Shown: positions 19,442 through 28,974, numbered from the stretch's first letter. The stretch: 38,394 nt of DNA from Nitrospinaceae bacterium (GCA_046754465.1 JBHHVU010000030.1:1-38394), one strand, 5' to 3'. Program-made: numbers and translations. Notes: a model not told the origin generated them from the sequence alone.

Positions 19442-19629
19442 TGAAGGGAAGGCGTTTCAGGATGACGCACATTTTATCAATTCCGTTCATCCCGCCAACA
19501 AATTCCCCTTGACCCCGTTTGCCCAAAGGGAAACTAGGCCAGAGCCCCCGCCTCCGCCAAAAATTTCGACGGTTTTCAAGTATACTTTCATTTTTTCACT
19601 TAACCTGATTTCGTTGCAGGAGGACTTCA

Positions 19630-20013
19630 TTGACCAGGCCGGACAACTTCAAATCCATCATTCGGAAAGCGGGGATCGTTTTTATTTCGGTCATCCTTTG
19701 GGTGCAGTGCAGTGGACCCCGGGAAGCGCCGCTGATTTTACCTGCCGCGTCCGAACCATCCGCTAAAATTCATAACGATCGGGGCATCCAGTTTTACCGC
19801 CAGCATCAATACATGGACGCGCTGCTTCAGTTCATTCAGGCGAGCGTGGCCGACCAAACCGCGGGGGAAATTCATTTTAACATCGCCCTGGCCCTGCTTC
19901 ATCGGGGAGAAGAAGGGAAAGCCATCGAGCATTTCAAATTAGCGCGCAAATACGCCCAGGGCAATGAAATGATTCTGAAGTCCCCGACCTTGAACCACTA
20001 CCTGAAACCATGA
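19630..20013 (+). CDS. Small secreted/lipoprotein TPR protein
   Basis: GGAGG RBS before TTG, hydrophobic N-terminus ending in Cys, TPR-like HNDRGIQFY and HFNIALAL. Confidence 0.75.
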   Translation: MTRPDNFKSIIRKAGIVFISVILWVQCSGPREAPLILPAASEPSAKIHNDRGIQFYRQHQYMDALLQFIQASVADQTAGEIHFNIALALLHRGEEGKAIEHFKLARKYAQGNEMILKSPTLNHYLKP

Positions 20014-20114
20014 CCTTTCCTCCGCTAGGATCATCTCCTGAAAAGAAGTTTTGGACAGGAAGGCAGGATAAAATCGGATAGTTTTTCCCCCAGACCCTCA
20101 TCCGGGGTCGCGGC

Positions 20115-20648
20115 TCACGCTGGGCGGGAGGGGGTTTCCTTCGGCGGCAGGAGGTCTTCCAGGAAAAACGCCGCGAGTTCGGAACGGCTGCCCAGACCAG
20201 TCTTTTGATAGATCGACTGCGATTGCTGCTGGACGGTTTTAATTTTCGTATTGCGGATATCCGCGATTTCCTTCAGGGAAAATCCCTTCAACAATAAAAA
20301 ACCCACCTCCGTCTCCGCCTGCGTCAGCTTCCATTGGGAAAACTGCTTCTCGATTTTGACCGAAAGCCCCTCCAGCAATTGATGCGTTTCCCTCTTCCAA
20401 AGCTCCTTCTCGTGATGGAGCTTTTCCACATTAACTTGCAGGGTCTTGATCTCCTTCCGGGCCTGGGCCAGGCGTTTCACTCCCAGGACAAAAACCGATC
20501 CGCTGACGGCCAAAAGGATTCCTTCCAAAACGAGATGCGCCCCGGAACCCCCGTCCAGATAATCGGTGACCAGGTCCAGTCCCACGAGGACCAAAAACGC
20601 TCCCGACAAAATCAGAATCACTGAAGGGATCTGCCCCGTATCCTCCAT
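20115..20648 (-). CDS. Membrane-anchored LuxR-type HTH regulator
   Basis: Two N-terminal TM helices, coiled coil, LTQAETEVGFLLLKGFSLKEIADIR...TVQQQSQSIYQK HTH. Start uncertain (20648-20702). Confidence 0.85.
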   Translation of the reverse strand: MEDTGQIPSVILILSGAFLVLVGLDLVTDYLDGGSGAHLVLEGILLAVSGSVFVLGVKRLAQARKEIKTLQVNVEKLHHEKELWKRETHQLLEGLSVKIEKQFSQWKLTQAETEVGFLLLKGFSLKEIADIRNTKIKTVQQQSQSIYQKTGLGSRSELAAFFLEDLLPPKETPSRPA

Positions 20649-20771
20649 TTGCCCTACAGCCCCGATAACCGTTTGAAAAAACAAGGAAATTTCATGATCC
20701 AAAGTGCGGATGGAACTTTTCGTCCTTTTTCCCGAAACTACCTGAAAATATTAATTTCCAAGGAGGTTATC

Positions 20772-21305
20772 ATGTTTGATTTGCCATTGCACCCCGTAGT
20801 CGTTCATTTTCCAATTGTTCTTGGCTTTCTCCTGCCTTTTACCGGGCTCCTCCTGTGGTGGGCCATAAAAAAGGAACATCTGCCCGCCAAGGCCTGGACC
20901 CTGGTGATCGCGCTCGCGTTCGTTTATAGCGTTTCCGCGGTGGTCACGGCACAACTTGGGGAACGTGACGAGGAAAAAGTGGAGAAGGTGGTTTCCGAAA
21001 AATTGATCGAGGAACATGAAGAAGCGGCCGAATGGGTTCCCTGGACCGCGGGAACGCTTTTCCTGATTTCCCTGGCCGGACTTTTACGCAAAAACCCCCA
21101 TCAAATTCGTCTTGCTATCGCCCTGTTGAGTCTGGCCGCGGTTGTCCCTGTAGCCAATGCCGGGCATACGGGCGGCAAGCTGGTTTATCAATATGGAGCG
21201 GCCAACGCGCACCTGCTTCCCAAGTACAAGGCCCTGGTTCAATCCGGAAAATTCTATCTGGTGCATAAGGATGATAAAAAACAAGAAGAAAATGAGGAAG
21301 ATTGA
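20772..21305 (+). CDS. DUF2231-like membrane protein
   Basis: AGGAGG RBS. LHPVVVHFPI N-terminus, four TM helices, GHTGGKLVYQYG. Confidence 0.8.
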   Translation: MFDLPLHPVVVHFPIVLGFLLPFTGLLLWWAIKKEHLPAKAWTLVIALAFVYSVSAVVTAQLGERDEEKVEKVVSEKLIEEHEEAAEWVPWTAGTLFLISLAGLLRKNPHQIRLAIALLSLAAVVPVANAGHTGGKLVYQYGAANAHLLPKYKALVQSGKFYLVHKDDKKQEENEED

Positions 21306-21432
21306 CCCCCCCCACGTGGTAGGGCGGGCCACGCCCGGAAGGAAAGGGTCAAGGCATCATCCCTTGTCGAACCCGGTTACCCGTATAACGCCTGTTCCAA
21401 CTACCTGGGGAGGTACTCCCCGGTTCGCCGCC
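21306..21432 (+). repeat. Modular intergenic repeat, diverged copy
   Basis: Begins immediately after TGA. CGGGC-CAC-GCCCG, GGGTCAAGGCATCATC, GTATAACGCCTGTTCCAA, GGGGAG-GTA-CTCCCC (21407-21421), CGGTTCGCCGCC. Confidence 0.8.
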
Positions 21433-21437
21433 TAATT

Positions 21438-22742
21438 TCAGGGGAGGAGGAAGCAGGGGCCCATTTGCCCGAGCAGGCATTGGATGCGGATGGAGGCGTG
21501 CTGCAAGGCGCGGGCATCGTTGGGACCGAGCTTTTGGCCCAACTGGATTTTAGCCTGGATGGATTCCATCCGCTCTTGATCTTGTTTCAGCCGGTAGAGA
21601 GTGATCCAGCCGGTTTGGGGAATGCGGTTGATCCATTGGGAGGCGAGGCGGATGTAAGGGGCGATGGCGCGGTAATCTTCCTCGAGCGTTTCCCGCCGCC
21701 TTTGGTAAACCCAGCGGCCCGGGTGCCGGTCCAGTTGTTGTATGAGGCGGCTCAGCCAGTGGACCGTCCGCGCCATGCGCGGGTAATTGAGTTTTTCCGG
21801 GGTGTCGGTGGGCCGGTGGTAATCGGGGGTTCGTCCGGAACTCAGAAACAGGAAAGGGATGTTGTGGGCGCGAAACACCTGGTAGTCGCTGAATATCATC
21901 CCGCCGGTGGAAGGCACGTTCTCGATCATCGCCATGCCCAGGGTGCGGATATTCAGCCGGGAAACGGTGGTGGAACGGACGAGCGGGCCCAGTCCGGGCG
22001 ATTTTTCCGCCCCCATGACGAACAGGGTATCCGCCATGGGTTCCCAAAATATTCCTCCCATGATGTCCATGATGATGGCTAGCCGCAGGGTTTTGGGGTC
22101 GATTCCCGTGACGGCTAATTTTTGGTAAAACTGATGCGACCCCATGAGGTAGGTGAGGAAATAGGGGGATTCTTCGGTGTTGAATCCGACGAAGAGCAAG
22201 TTGTATTCCCGGAGGGGGCCAGATTGTACCAGGCGGCGCGCGGTTTCCAGCAGGATCGCCGCGCCGGAGGCGTTGTCGTCGGCACCGGGGTAATCCTTGC
22301 CATCCATCCGGCCCAAATGGTCGAAGTGGGCGCCGATCAGAATCCAGCCGCGGCCCGGCTGGGGTCGCGGCAATGCGGAAAATATGTTTTTGCCGAGGTT
22401 CTTGGGGAGGGATTGGGTCCTTTGCCCCGTAGGCGTGGGGGAGACGAGACCGATTTTCTCGAACTGGTCGAGCAGGTATTTGGCGGCGGCGGAATTGCCG
22501 GGGGTTCCGGGCGCCCGGCCTTGGAGTTTTTCCGAGGCCAGGAAATGGACGTGGTCCTGGAGCCGCTGAGTCAGGGAGGTTAGGCCGGGTTCGGGCGGGG
22601 GGAGCTCTTCTACGGTGATTTTCGCGGGCTGGACAATAAAATAATCGCACAGCCAGAGGAGCAACAGGGTGTAGGTCACGATGCGGGCCCGCATGATTCG
22701 GGTCCGCCGCCGGATCGCGGTGAGGCTATCCGGTTTCTTCAT
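21438..22742 (-). CDS. M28 family metallopeptidase
   Basis: LQGRAPGT, GAHFDHLG, PGADDNASG, FNTEE, YHRPTDT. N-terminal TM. Confidence 0.9.
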   Translation of the reverse strand: MKKPDSLTAIRRRTRIMRARIVTYTLLLLWLCDYFIVQPAKITVEELPPPEPGLTSLTQRLQDHVHFLASEKLQGRAPGTPGNSAAAKYLLDQFEKIGLVSPTPTGQRTQSLPKNLGKNIFSALPRPQPGRGWILIGAHFDHLGRMDGKDYPGADDNASGAAILLETARRLVQSGPLREYNLLFVGFNTEESPYFLTYLMGSHQFYQKLAVTGIDPKTLRLAIIMDIMGGIFWEPMADTLFVMGAEKSPGLGPLVRSTTVSRLNIRTLGMAMIENVPSTGGMIFSDYQVFRAHNIPFLFLSSGRTPDYHRPTDTPEKLNYPRMARTVHWLSRLIQQLDRHPGRWVYQRRRETLEEDYRAIAPYIRLASQWINRIPQTGWITLYRLKQDQERMESIQAKIQLGQKLGPNDARALQHASIRIQCLLGQMGPCFLLP

Positions 22743-24006
22743 CGATGAAGGTGGGTTCGATCTCCTGGTTGGGCGTCAAGGGCAGGTCGAGTATGAAGGT
22801 GGCTCCGGTTTTCCCATCGCTTTCCACTTCCAGGGTTCCTCCGTGTTTTTCGATGATGGAATAGCAAACCGAAAGACCCAGCCCGGTTCCCTTGTCCTCG
22901 GGTTTGGTGGTGAAGAAGGGATCGAAGATTTTCCCCAGGTCCTCTTTTTCGATTCCGGTTCCGGTATCGGCGAACTGGATTCTCAGGAGATTTTCCTCCG
23001 CCTCCTCCGGGGACCCATTGACGGAGCCGGATTTGTTTTGCCGGAACAAAACTTGGGTGGTGACGGTTAACACGCCGCCTGTCCCGGTCATGGCGTACTT
23101 GGCGTTATTGATGATATTGAGGAAGACCTGCCGCATGCGGTCTCTGTCCAGAAAAAGGGTGGGCAGATTGGGGTGGAAGTGCCGCACCACATCGATCCCC
23201 TGCAGGTTCATTTCTTTTTCTATGATGGAGAGAACCGATTCGAGTTCTTTATTGATATCGGTTTGCCTGAGTTCCACGTCTCCCTTGCGGGAAAATTTGA
23301 GCAGACCGCTGATGATTTTCTCGATGCGCTGGATTTCTTCGATGATCGATGCCAAGTCCTCCATCAGGGAAGGGTCGGCTTCCCGCTCCATCAGCAGGGC
23401 CTGGGTATGGCCCGAGATGATATTGAGGGGGTTGAGAATTTCATGGCAGACCCCGGCGGCCAAACGGCCGATTCCCGCGAGTTTTTCCGTCCTCAATAGC
23501 TGGTTCTGGGCGGCTTTGAGTTTCTTCATGGATTCCTGCAATTCGCGGTTGGTTACGGTCAATTCCTCGTGGGATTTTTTCAGCATTTCCTCGGTCTGTT
23601 TGCGACGTTGCCCCTCTTTGTGCAATTGCAGGGCGTAGCGGATGGAATGGGCGAGCGATTCGGTGGACAACTTACCCTTGGTCAGGTAATCGGTGGCCCC
23701 CGCTTTCATGGCCTCGACTGCCACTTCCTGGTCGCCCTGGCCGGTAAGAAGGATTATCGGAATGGGGATGTTCTTGGAGCGTATGGTGCGAAGCAGGTCG
23801 ATCCCATCCACTTCGCCCAGACGGTAGTCGAACAGGCACAAGTCGTAGGAGGAATTTTCCAGCCGGGTGATGGCTTCGCGGAAGGAAAGGGTATGGTCGA
23901 TGATGGGAACGGGATGGGGCAGCCCCTCTCGAATCAGGTCCTTGACAAAAAAAGCATCGTCCTCATCATCCTCGACCAGCAGGATATTTAGAGGTTTTTG
24001 TTCCAT
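22726..24006 (-). CDS. Hybrid receiver-histidine kinase (NtrB-like)
   Basis: N-terminal REC (LLVEDD...DYRL...DYLTK), H-box CHEILNPL, N-box NIINNA, DTGTGI, FFTTK, GTGLGL. Confidence 0.93.
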   Translation of the reverse strand: MEQKPLNILLVEDDEDDAFFVKDLIREGLPHPVPIIDHTLSFREAITRLENSSYDLCLFDYRLGEVDGIDLLRTIRSKNIPIPIILLTGQGDQEVAVEAMKAGATDYLTKGKLSTESLAHSIRYALQLHKEGQRRKQTEEMLKKSHEELTVTNRELQESMKKLKAAQNQLLRTEKLAGIGRLAAGVCHEILNPLNIISGHTQALLMEREADPSLMEDLASIIEEIQRIEKIISGLLKFSRKGDVELRQTDINKELESVLSIIEKEMNLQGIDVVRHFHPNLPTLFLDRDRMRQVFLNIINNAKYAMTGTGGVLTVTTQVLFRQNKSGSVNGSPEEAEENLLRIQFADTGTGIEKEDLGKIFDPFFTTKPEDKGTGLGLSVCYSIIEKHGGTLEVESDGKTGATFILDLPLTPNQEIEPTFIDEETG

Positions 24007-24019
24007 GGTGGCTACAAAT

Positions 24020-24475
24020 TTATTGAGGGAGTTTTACCGTTTTCAACCAGTAATTGGATAACACCTTAATCACACCGACCAAATCGTGGAACCGAACAGG
24101 TTTCTGGATAAATGAATTGACCCCCAAGTCATAAGAATGCGTGATATCGTTCTCGGCATTGGATGTCGTCAATACAATGACAGGAATCTTGCGGAGCGCG
24201 GGATGAGATTTTATCTCCGCCAAGGCTTCCCGCCCGTCCTTTTTCGGCATGTTGAGGTCGAGAAGGATCATGCCGGGGATGTCAGGTTGTTTCCCGTTTC
24301 CGTTGGGGACGCCTGTTTTCAATACTTCCATGAGCTCTTCCCCATCCTTGACCCAGCGGACTTTGTTATTCACTCCCGCTTCCTTCAACGCCTCCAGGGT
24401 CAACAGGTAATCGTCTTCATCGTCTTCGGCAATCAGTATGGTGAAAGGTCTGCGAGGGGTGCCCATGAGGATCAC
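24020..24475 (-). CDS. Single-domain response regulator (Rcp1-like)
   Basis: IAEDDEDD, LLDLNMPKKDGRE, VLTTS, SYDLGVNSFIQKP, C-terminal YW...VKLP. Confidence 0.92.
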   Translation of the reverse strand: MILMGTPRRPFTILIAEDDEDDYLLTLEALKEAGVNNKVRWVKDGEELMEVLKTGVPNGNGKQPDIPGMILLDLNMPKKDGREALAEIKSHPALRKIPVIVLTTSNAENDITHSYDLGVNSFIQKPVRFHDLVGVIKVLSNYWLKTVKLPQ

Positions 24476-24691
24476 TTTCCGTTATTTCAAAGTTTCCAGT
24501 TCCGCCGAAAACGAATAACTAATTGAATATTAACATATTATTAACGACAAGGTAACACAATTCATGATTTTTTTTCACAGTAATGGTAAATAACTGTTGT
24601 ATTTTCGAGAGCTATGAATTGGGACAGAGGAACCTTGCCGGGAAAATTTGATTAAAAATGGTTCCTGGTAGTTTTGCGGTTACGCTATTTT

Positions 24692-24718
24692 ATATCGGAG
24701 TTCCAAAGATTACCTTGA
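24692..24718 (-). promoter_or_regulatory. Putative sigma28 (FliA) promoter
   Basis: Minus strand TCAAG-N14-TCCGATAT versus consensus TAAA-N15-GCCGATAA. Confidence 0.5.
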
Positions 24719-24741
24719 GAGTTTAAATAAATAAATTTTCG

Positions 24742-24942
24742 GCGATGGGGTCAGCGATGGGGTCACCCCTTAGGGCGGAACCGTGGCATCCACGGGGTGA
24801 CGGGCGGGATGGGGGTAGTTTAAAGGCAGGTTGACAGGATTAAAGAATAACCCTTTTAGGTTATTTTAAAATCCTGGCCTATCCGTGCAGGCTTATGGCA
24901 GACGTTTATCCATTGACACGGGAGCTGCTAATGGGTGACCCC
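24742..24942. repeat. Palindrome-rich element bounded by GGGGTCACCC inverted repeats
   Basis: Tandem GCGATGGGGTCA x2 (24742-24765), inverted repeat 24759-24768/24933-24942, internal hairpins 24781-24795 and 24835-24876. Confidence 0.5.
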
Positions 24943-24964
24943 TTCTTCGGGAGTAAAGGGAAAA

Positions 24965-25039
24965 TGGTGGGCGCGACAGGGTTCGAACCTGTGACTTCTA
25001 CCATGTGAGGGTAGCACTCTACCACTGAGTTACGCGCCC
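24965..25039 (-). tRNA. tRNA-Val (CAC)
   Basis: GGGCGCG acceptor stem, D-arm, anticodon arm CTACC-CTCACAT-GGTAG, GGTTCGAACC T-loop, encoded CCA. 75 nt. Confidence 0.97.
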
Positions 25040-25064
25040 GGTATCTGAATTGGGTGGAGGCGGC

Positions 25065-25481
25065 CTATTTCCCTTTCAACTGTTCGATCATCCGTTCCCG
25101 TTCCAGCCGGAGTTTTTCCTTGAATGGCTCTATGCCGCCGTGTTTTTTTTCATAATACAGGCGAATTTCATCGACGTGCCGAATTTTCACGGCCTTTTTG
25201 CCGACCAGGCAGTTGCCGGACCGGTCGCAAGCCCAAATCGGCATATCCTTTTCCACCTGGTCCTTTAAATCACCGGGAATGCAATCGTTATGAGGCAGGC
25301 CGGCGTAGTTCGGGTCCGTCCTTTCCTCGATCCGGTTGAGTTCCCGAACAAGGTCTTCAATTCTTTCACCGTCCCAGGACCCGACCTCCTCTTCGCCGTC
25401 GGCCGACATGATCCGGTTTTTGACACGCGGATCGATTCTCGATGCGTCCAGGGAAAACCGCCTCCGAATTTCTTCCGCCAT
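25065..25481 (-). CDS. Hypothetical protein
   Basis: 138-aa charged ORF with ATG start in an otherwise empty gap. No family recognised. Confidence 0.75.
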   Translation of the reverse strand: MAEEIRRRFSLDASRIDPRVKNRIMSADGEEEVGSWDGERIEDLVRELNRIEERTDPNYAGLPHNDCIPGDLKDQVEKDMPIWACDRSGNCLVGKKAVKIRHVDEIRLYYEKKHGGIEPFKEKLRLERERMIEQLKGK

Positions 25482-25588
25482 GAGTTTATTCTTGACCTTT
25501 ACAAGGTATTCGAGATCTCCCCCCAGCCGGGGAGCAATGGATTAAAGCTAAATCCCCTATCCGTCCCGGTCCCCTGCGGAGTCCGCCG

Positions 25589-26824
25589 CTAATTCGGCAA
25601 GTAAATTTTATCGACATAAACCTGGAACATGCTGGAAACCAGGCGGTATTCGCCGAATTTTTCCGGGTTGCGGATGATCAGTCCCTTATCGACCAATTGT
25701 TGCAGATTGAGGCCCAGGGAACTGGGTTTTTTTGAATAACTGGCCAAAAGATTCCTGCGCAGGACCCACGGCCTCTCCCCCTTCGATTTTTGGGCGATCA
25801 GCCCCAACAGTTCGCGATAACTCTCGCTTTGCACCATTTCCGGATAGGTTTTTCTAAAAAAAAGTTCCCCCAATCTCTGAACCGACCCGGTATACCTTTC
25901 GTTTCCCTGAATCCCCAGTTCCACATCTCCCAAGATGATCTGATCGTTCCTGGACACTTCAAAGGCGGAATATCCGATTTCCTGAATTAAAAACGGGTGG
26001 TTTTCGGAATAGTATAGAAGTTTCGCCAAGGCTTCTTCCCTGATTTCCTTCAACGGCACCCCGTTTTTCAAAATCTTGTTGATGATGGCCCGGGATTCAT
26101 CCGTCGATAATTTTTCCAGGGGGATGGATAAGAAAGTTCGCGGGAACGATTCATCCTGGGCGCTCATCCGGTCCTTGATCTCGGGCAGTCCCACCAATAC
26201 CAGCATGAGATTCCGGCAATTGTCGGCGGCCAGCTTGTCCTGGAGAGTTTTCCAAAAAGAGAAAAACATATCGAAATCTCCCATCCGGTCCAGGTCGTCG
26301 ACGATAATGCAGAGGGACCCCAGTTCGCTGTTTTTCCTTGAAAGAGTTTTTGCAAGGGTGCGCAGCGTTTTTTCGGCTTCCAGGTAAATTTCGGCGGGGG
26401 GTATCTCGCTGGAGTCCAGTTGGAACCCGGTGCCGGCAAACGCGAACTTCCGCATCCGGGCAACGAAATCCTCCAAAAATGAATATTCCCGGGAAACCGC
26501 GGACACTGCTTCCTGAAGTTCCCGTATCACCTGGGTCAGAACAACCGCCGAGGGCAGATTCTTTTGCACCGTGACATAAGAGGCCAAAAGGGGAGGACGC
26601 GTCTCGGTCCGGTCCCAGAGAATTCTTTTCTCGGCGATGGCCTTCGCCATGTAAGCAATAGAGGTTTTGCCGATCCCGCTTTCCCCGGTGATCAACAGGT
26701 TCTGTGGGGAGCCTTTGGCCGTCTGAAATATGCCGCGGCTGATCTGCTCCAATTGGACGGATCGGCCGAAAAATGCCTCCGGCGGCATGGGACTTCTGGG
26801 AAAGAAAGGATTGTATTTCGCCAT
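25589..26824 (-). CDS. AAA+/P-loop ATPase with probable C-terminal winged helix
   Basis: NPF..P...FFGR, Walker A GESGIGKT, Walker B CIIVDDLD, HPFLIQ, LVDKGLI. Confidence 0.87.
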   Translation of the reverse strand: MAKYNPFFPRSPMPPEAFFGRSVQLEQISRGIFQTAKGSPQNLLITGESGIGKTSIAYMAKAIAEKRILWDRTETRPPLLASYVTVQKNLPSAVVLTQVIRELQEAVSAVSREYSFLEDFVARMRKFAFAGTGFQLDSSEIPPAEIYLEAEKTLRTLAKTLSRKNSELGSLCIIVDDLDRMGDFDMFFSFWKTLQDKLAADNCRNLMLVLVGLPEIKDRMSAQDESFPRTFLSIPLEKLSTDESRAIINKILKNGVPLKEIREEALAKLLYYSENHPFLIQEIGYSAFEVSRNDQIILGDVELGIQGNERYTGSVQRLGELFFRKTYPEMVQSESYRELLGLIAQKSKGERPWVLRRNLLASYSKKPSSLGLNLQQLVDKGLIIRNPEKFGEYRLVSSMFQVYVDKIYLPN

Positions 26825-27231
26825 GGGAAATCCTTCCGCTTGCCAGTTCGGTTCGCGAAGAGTTGCCAAGCAGCCTCTCAGCGCAAAGTGCAATCAATGA
26901 TTGGGAAATTTGAAGTGCAATATTATCCTATTTATTTCGATTATCCTAGAAGAAAATGACGGCGAAATTAAAAATTTTCCTGGGTAATCCAAGGTAAATT
27001 CTCCACCTTTTAAATCAATCCAAAAATATTTCATTCAAATCACATGGAATTTTACTATTTTTCCATAATTTTTTTAACTTTCCAAAACCTCCTTCAAACC
27101 AAACGCTCCGGATGATTTCCGCTATTTAAAAAAGTTTTTTAAAAATTAATATAAAAAATTTTATTTATCTTTATCTTATAAAAATTTATCGGGATTTTTT
27201 CTAACTTATTATTAATTTTTGCAGGATATTG

Positions 27232-27453
27232 CGATGGGACAAGGCTGATTGGCGATGATGCCATGACCTATCCCCCTGCGGGCATGGCCGGGGCGGAGTA
27301 CCTCCGGCGGCGAACCGCCGCTGGTAGTATTGTCATACGTTATATGGCGGACCCGGAGTGCCCCCGGAGGCGGATGGGACATGCGTTATTTGCGGACCCA
27401 TATCGCTGGGCGGTTTAGATGGACCTATCCCCCTCCGGGCGTGGCCCGGGGGG
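27232..27453 (-). repeat. Modular intergenic repeat, mosaic of one full and two partial units
   Basis: Starts right after the flgL stop: CCGGGC-CAC-GCCCGG, core, CCGGGG-GCA-CTCCGG, second core half, GGCGG-TTCG-CCGCC, CGGAG-GTA-CTCCG, then a CAT-loop hairpin and GATAGGTCATGGCATCATCGCC. Confidence 0.88.
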
Positions 27454-28974
27454 TTAGCGGAGGAAGTCGAGGAGGGTGGGTTGCAGGATGCGGGCAGTGG
27501 TGTTCAGGGTCGCGTTGAGGGCCACCTCCAAAGCCGCCAGATCCGAGGCCGCCTTAATCGGATCCGAGTCTATCAAATTCGATAGCTGCTGGGTCTGGTC
27601 CACGATATCCTGATTATGCTCGGTGGTGGTCGATTCCACCCTGCGCAACGTCGCCCCGACGAGGGCGCGCGATTCGTTGATGGAGTCCAGTCCCTTGTCC
27701 AGGTTCTGCAACGATCCGATGATGCCGAAGGAGTCGTTTTTCTCCAGGGCCGCCTTAAGTTGGAAGAGGGTTTGGATCACGTTGCGTCCGCCGCCCAGGC
27801 CCAGGTTTTCCGCGGTGGTTCCGGTGCCGATATCGTTCACCACCGCCACGGTCGCCGAGTTGTTGGAGTCCACCCGCAGCACATTGCCCCCACTGTTGAT
27901 GGAGGCGGTGACGTTCAGTCCGGATGCGTTGATCTGATTGATCACATCGCCGACGGTGCTTGCGGCACTCAGGCTGACGGTTCCCGATGCCGCGCCGTTG
28001 AGGATGCTGATATCCCCCAGGGTCAACCCGCCACCCCCGTTCAAATCGGATATCAGGGTCGATGCGTTCAGAGCGGGGTTCAGGTCTGTTCCTTCTAGGG
28101 TGCCTTGCCGCTGACCGAGGATGCCGAGGGACGCCGCGGTGGTGCCTCCCCCCACCTCCGAAATGGACATGGCTTGCGTGACCCCCGAACTCGTGTCCAC
28201 CAATTTCAGTCCATTCCCATTGCTGTTAATGGAAGCGGTGACGTTAACGCCAGCGGCGTTGATGGAAGAGATCAGCGACCCTAACGTCGCGCCGGAAGCG
28301 ACGGCGATGTTCGCGCTGTTACCTGCGCGGTCGGTGATGGTGAACTGCCCCGTGGGGATTCCCTTTCCTCCATTCAAATCGGAAAGCGGCGTGGCGGTGG
28401 TGATCGCCGGGTCGAGGTCGGCCCCCAGAACTTGTGATCCGGGAAGGGTCAGGCCGAGAGTGCTGTTCTGGGCGATTTCTATCCGGAAACTTTCGGAATT
28501 GCCCTGGTAGACCGCCCCGGAAGCGCTCGCGAGGAAGGGAATGGTCCGGGTTTTGGTGCCGCCGAAAATGTACAGATTCTTGACCTGGGTGTTTCCTGCC
28601 TCCAGCACTTGAGAGAGGATTTTATTGATTTCCACGGCGGCGAACCCGCGGGTTTGGGCGGTGGACGTTCCCCCCAGCTCACTGATCGAGAGTTCCTTGG
28701 CCCGGGTCATGCCCAGTCCCACCGATTGCAGGGCGGAATCCGTGCTTTGAAGGAAAATGCGGTTGTTGTCGATATTGCGGATGAACTGTTGCGCCTGGGA
28801 GAGGCTGGTGCGTAAGGAGAGTCCATCGCGGAGCGCCGAGGGGTCGTCGGAAGGTTTGTTGACGCGTTTCCCGGAAGCGATTTCCTGCTGCGCCTTGAAC
28901 AGGTCTTCCGTAATGCGGAAGATGTTCGAGAGAACGGTGTTCTGAATCGACTGGCTGGTGACCCGGGTTACCAT
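27454..28974 (-). CDS. flgL: Flagellar hook-associated protein 3
   Basis: Flagellin-like N-terminus (IASGKRVNKPSDDP) and C-terminus (LQPTLLDFLR). Follows flgK. Confidence 0.92.
   Translation of the reverse strand: MVTRVTSQSIQNTVLSNIFRITEDLFKAQQEIASGKRVNKPSDDPSALRDGLSLRTSLSQAQQFIRNIDNNRIFLQSTDSALQSVGLGMTRAKELSISELGGTSTAQTRGFAAVEINKILSQVLEAGNTQVKNLYIFGGTKTRTIPFLASASGAVYQGNSESFRIEIAQNSTLGLTLPGSQVLGADLDPAITTATPLSDLNGGKGIPTGQFTITDRAGNSANIAVASGATLGSLISSINAAGVNVTASINSNGNGLKLVDTSSGVTQAMSISEVGGGTTAASLGILGQRQGTLEGTDLNPALNASTLISDLNGGGGLTLGDISILNGAASGTVSLSAASTVGDVINQINASGLNVTASINSGGNVLRVDSNNSATVAVVNDIGTGTTAENLGLGGGRNVIQTLFQLKAALEKNDSFGIIGSLQNLDKGLDSINESRALVGATLRRVESTTTEHNQDIVDQTQQLSNLIDSDPIKAASDLAALEVALNATLNTTARILQPTLLDFLR

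Noticed and set aside
24877..24964. c-di-GMP-II riboswitch or tRNA-associated HDV-like (theta) ribozyme
   Set aside because: I could not fit the required conserved nucleotides or nested double pseudoknot on either strand. An Infernal search would settle it.
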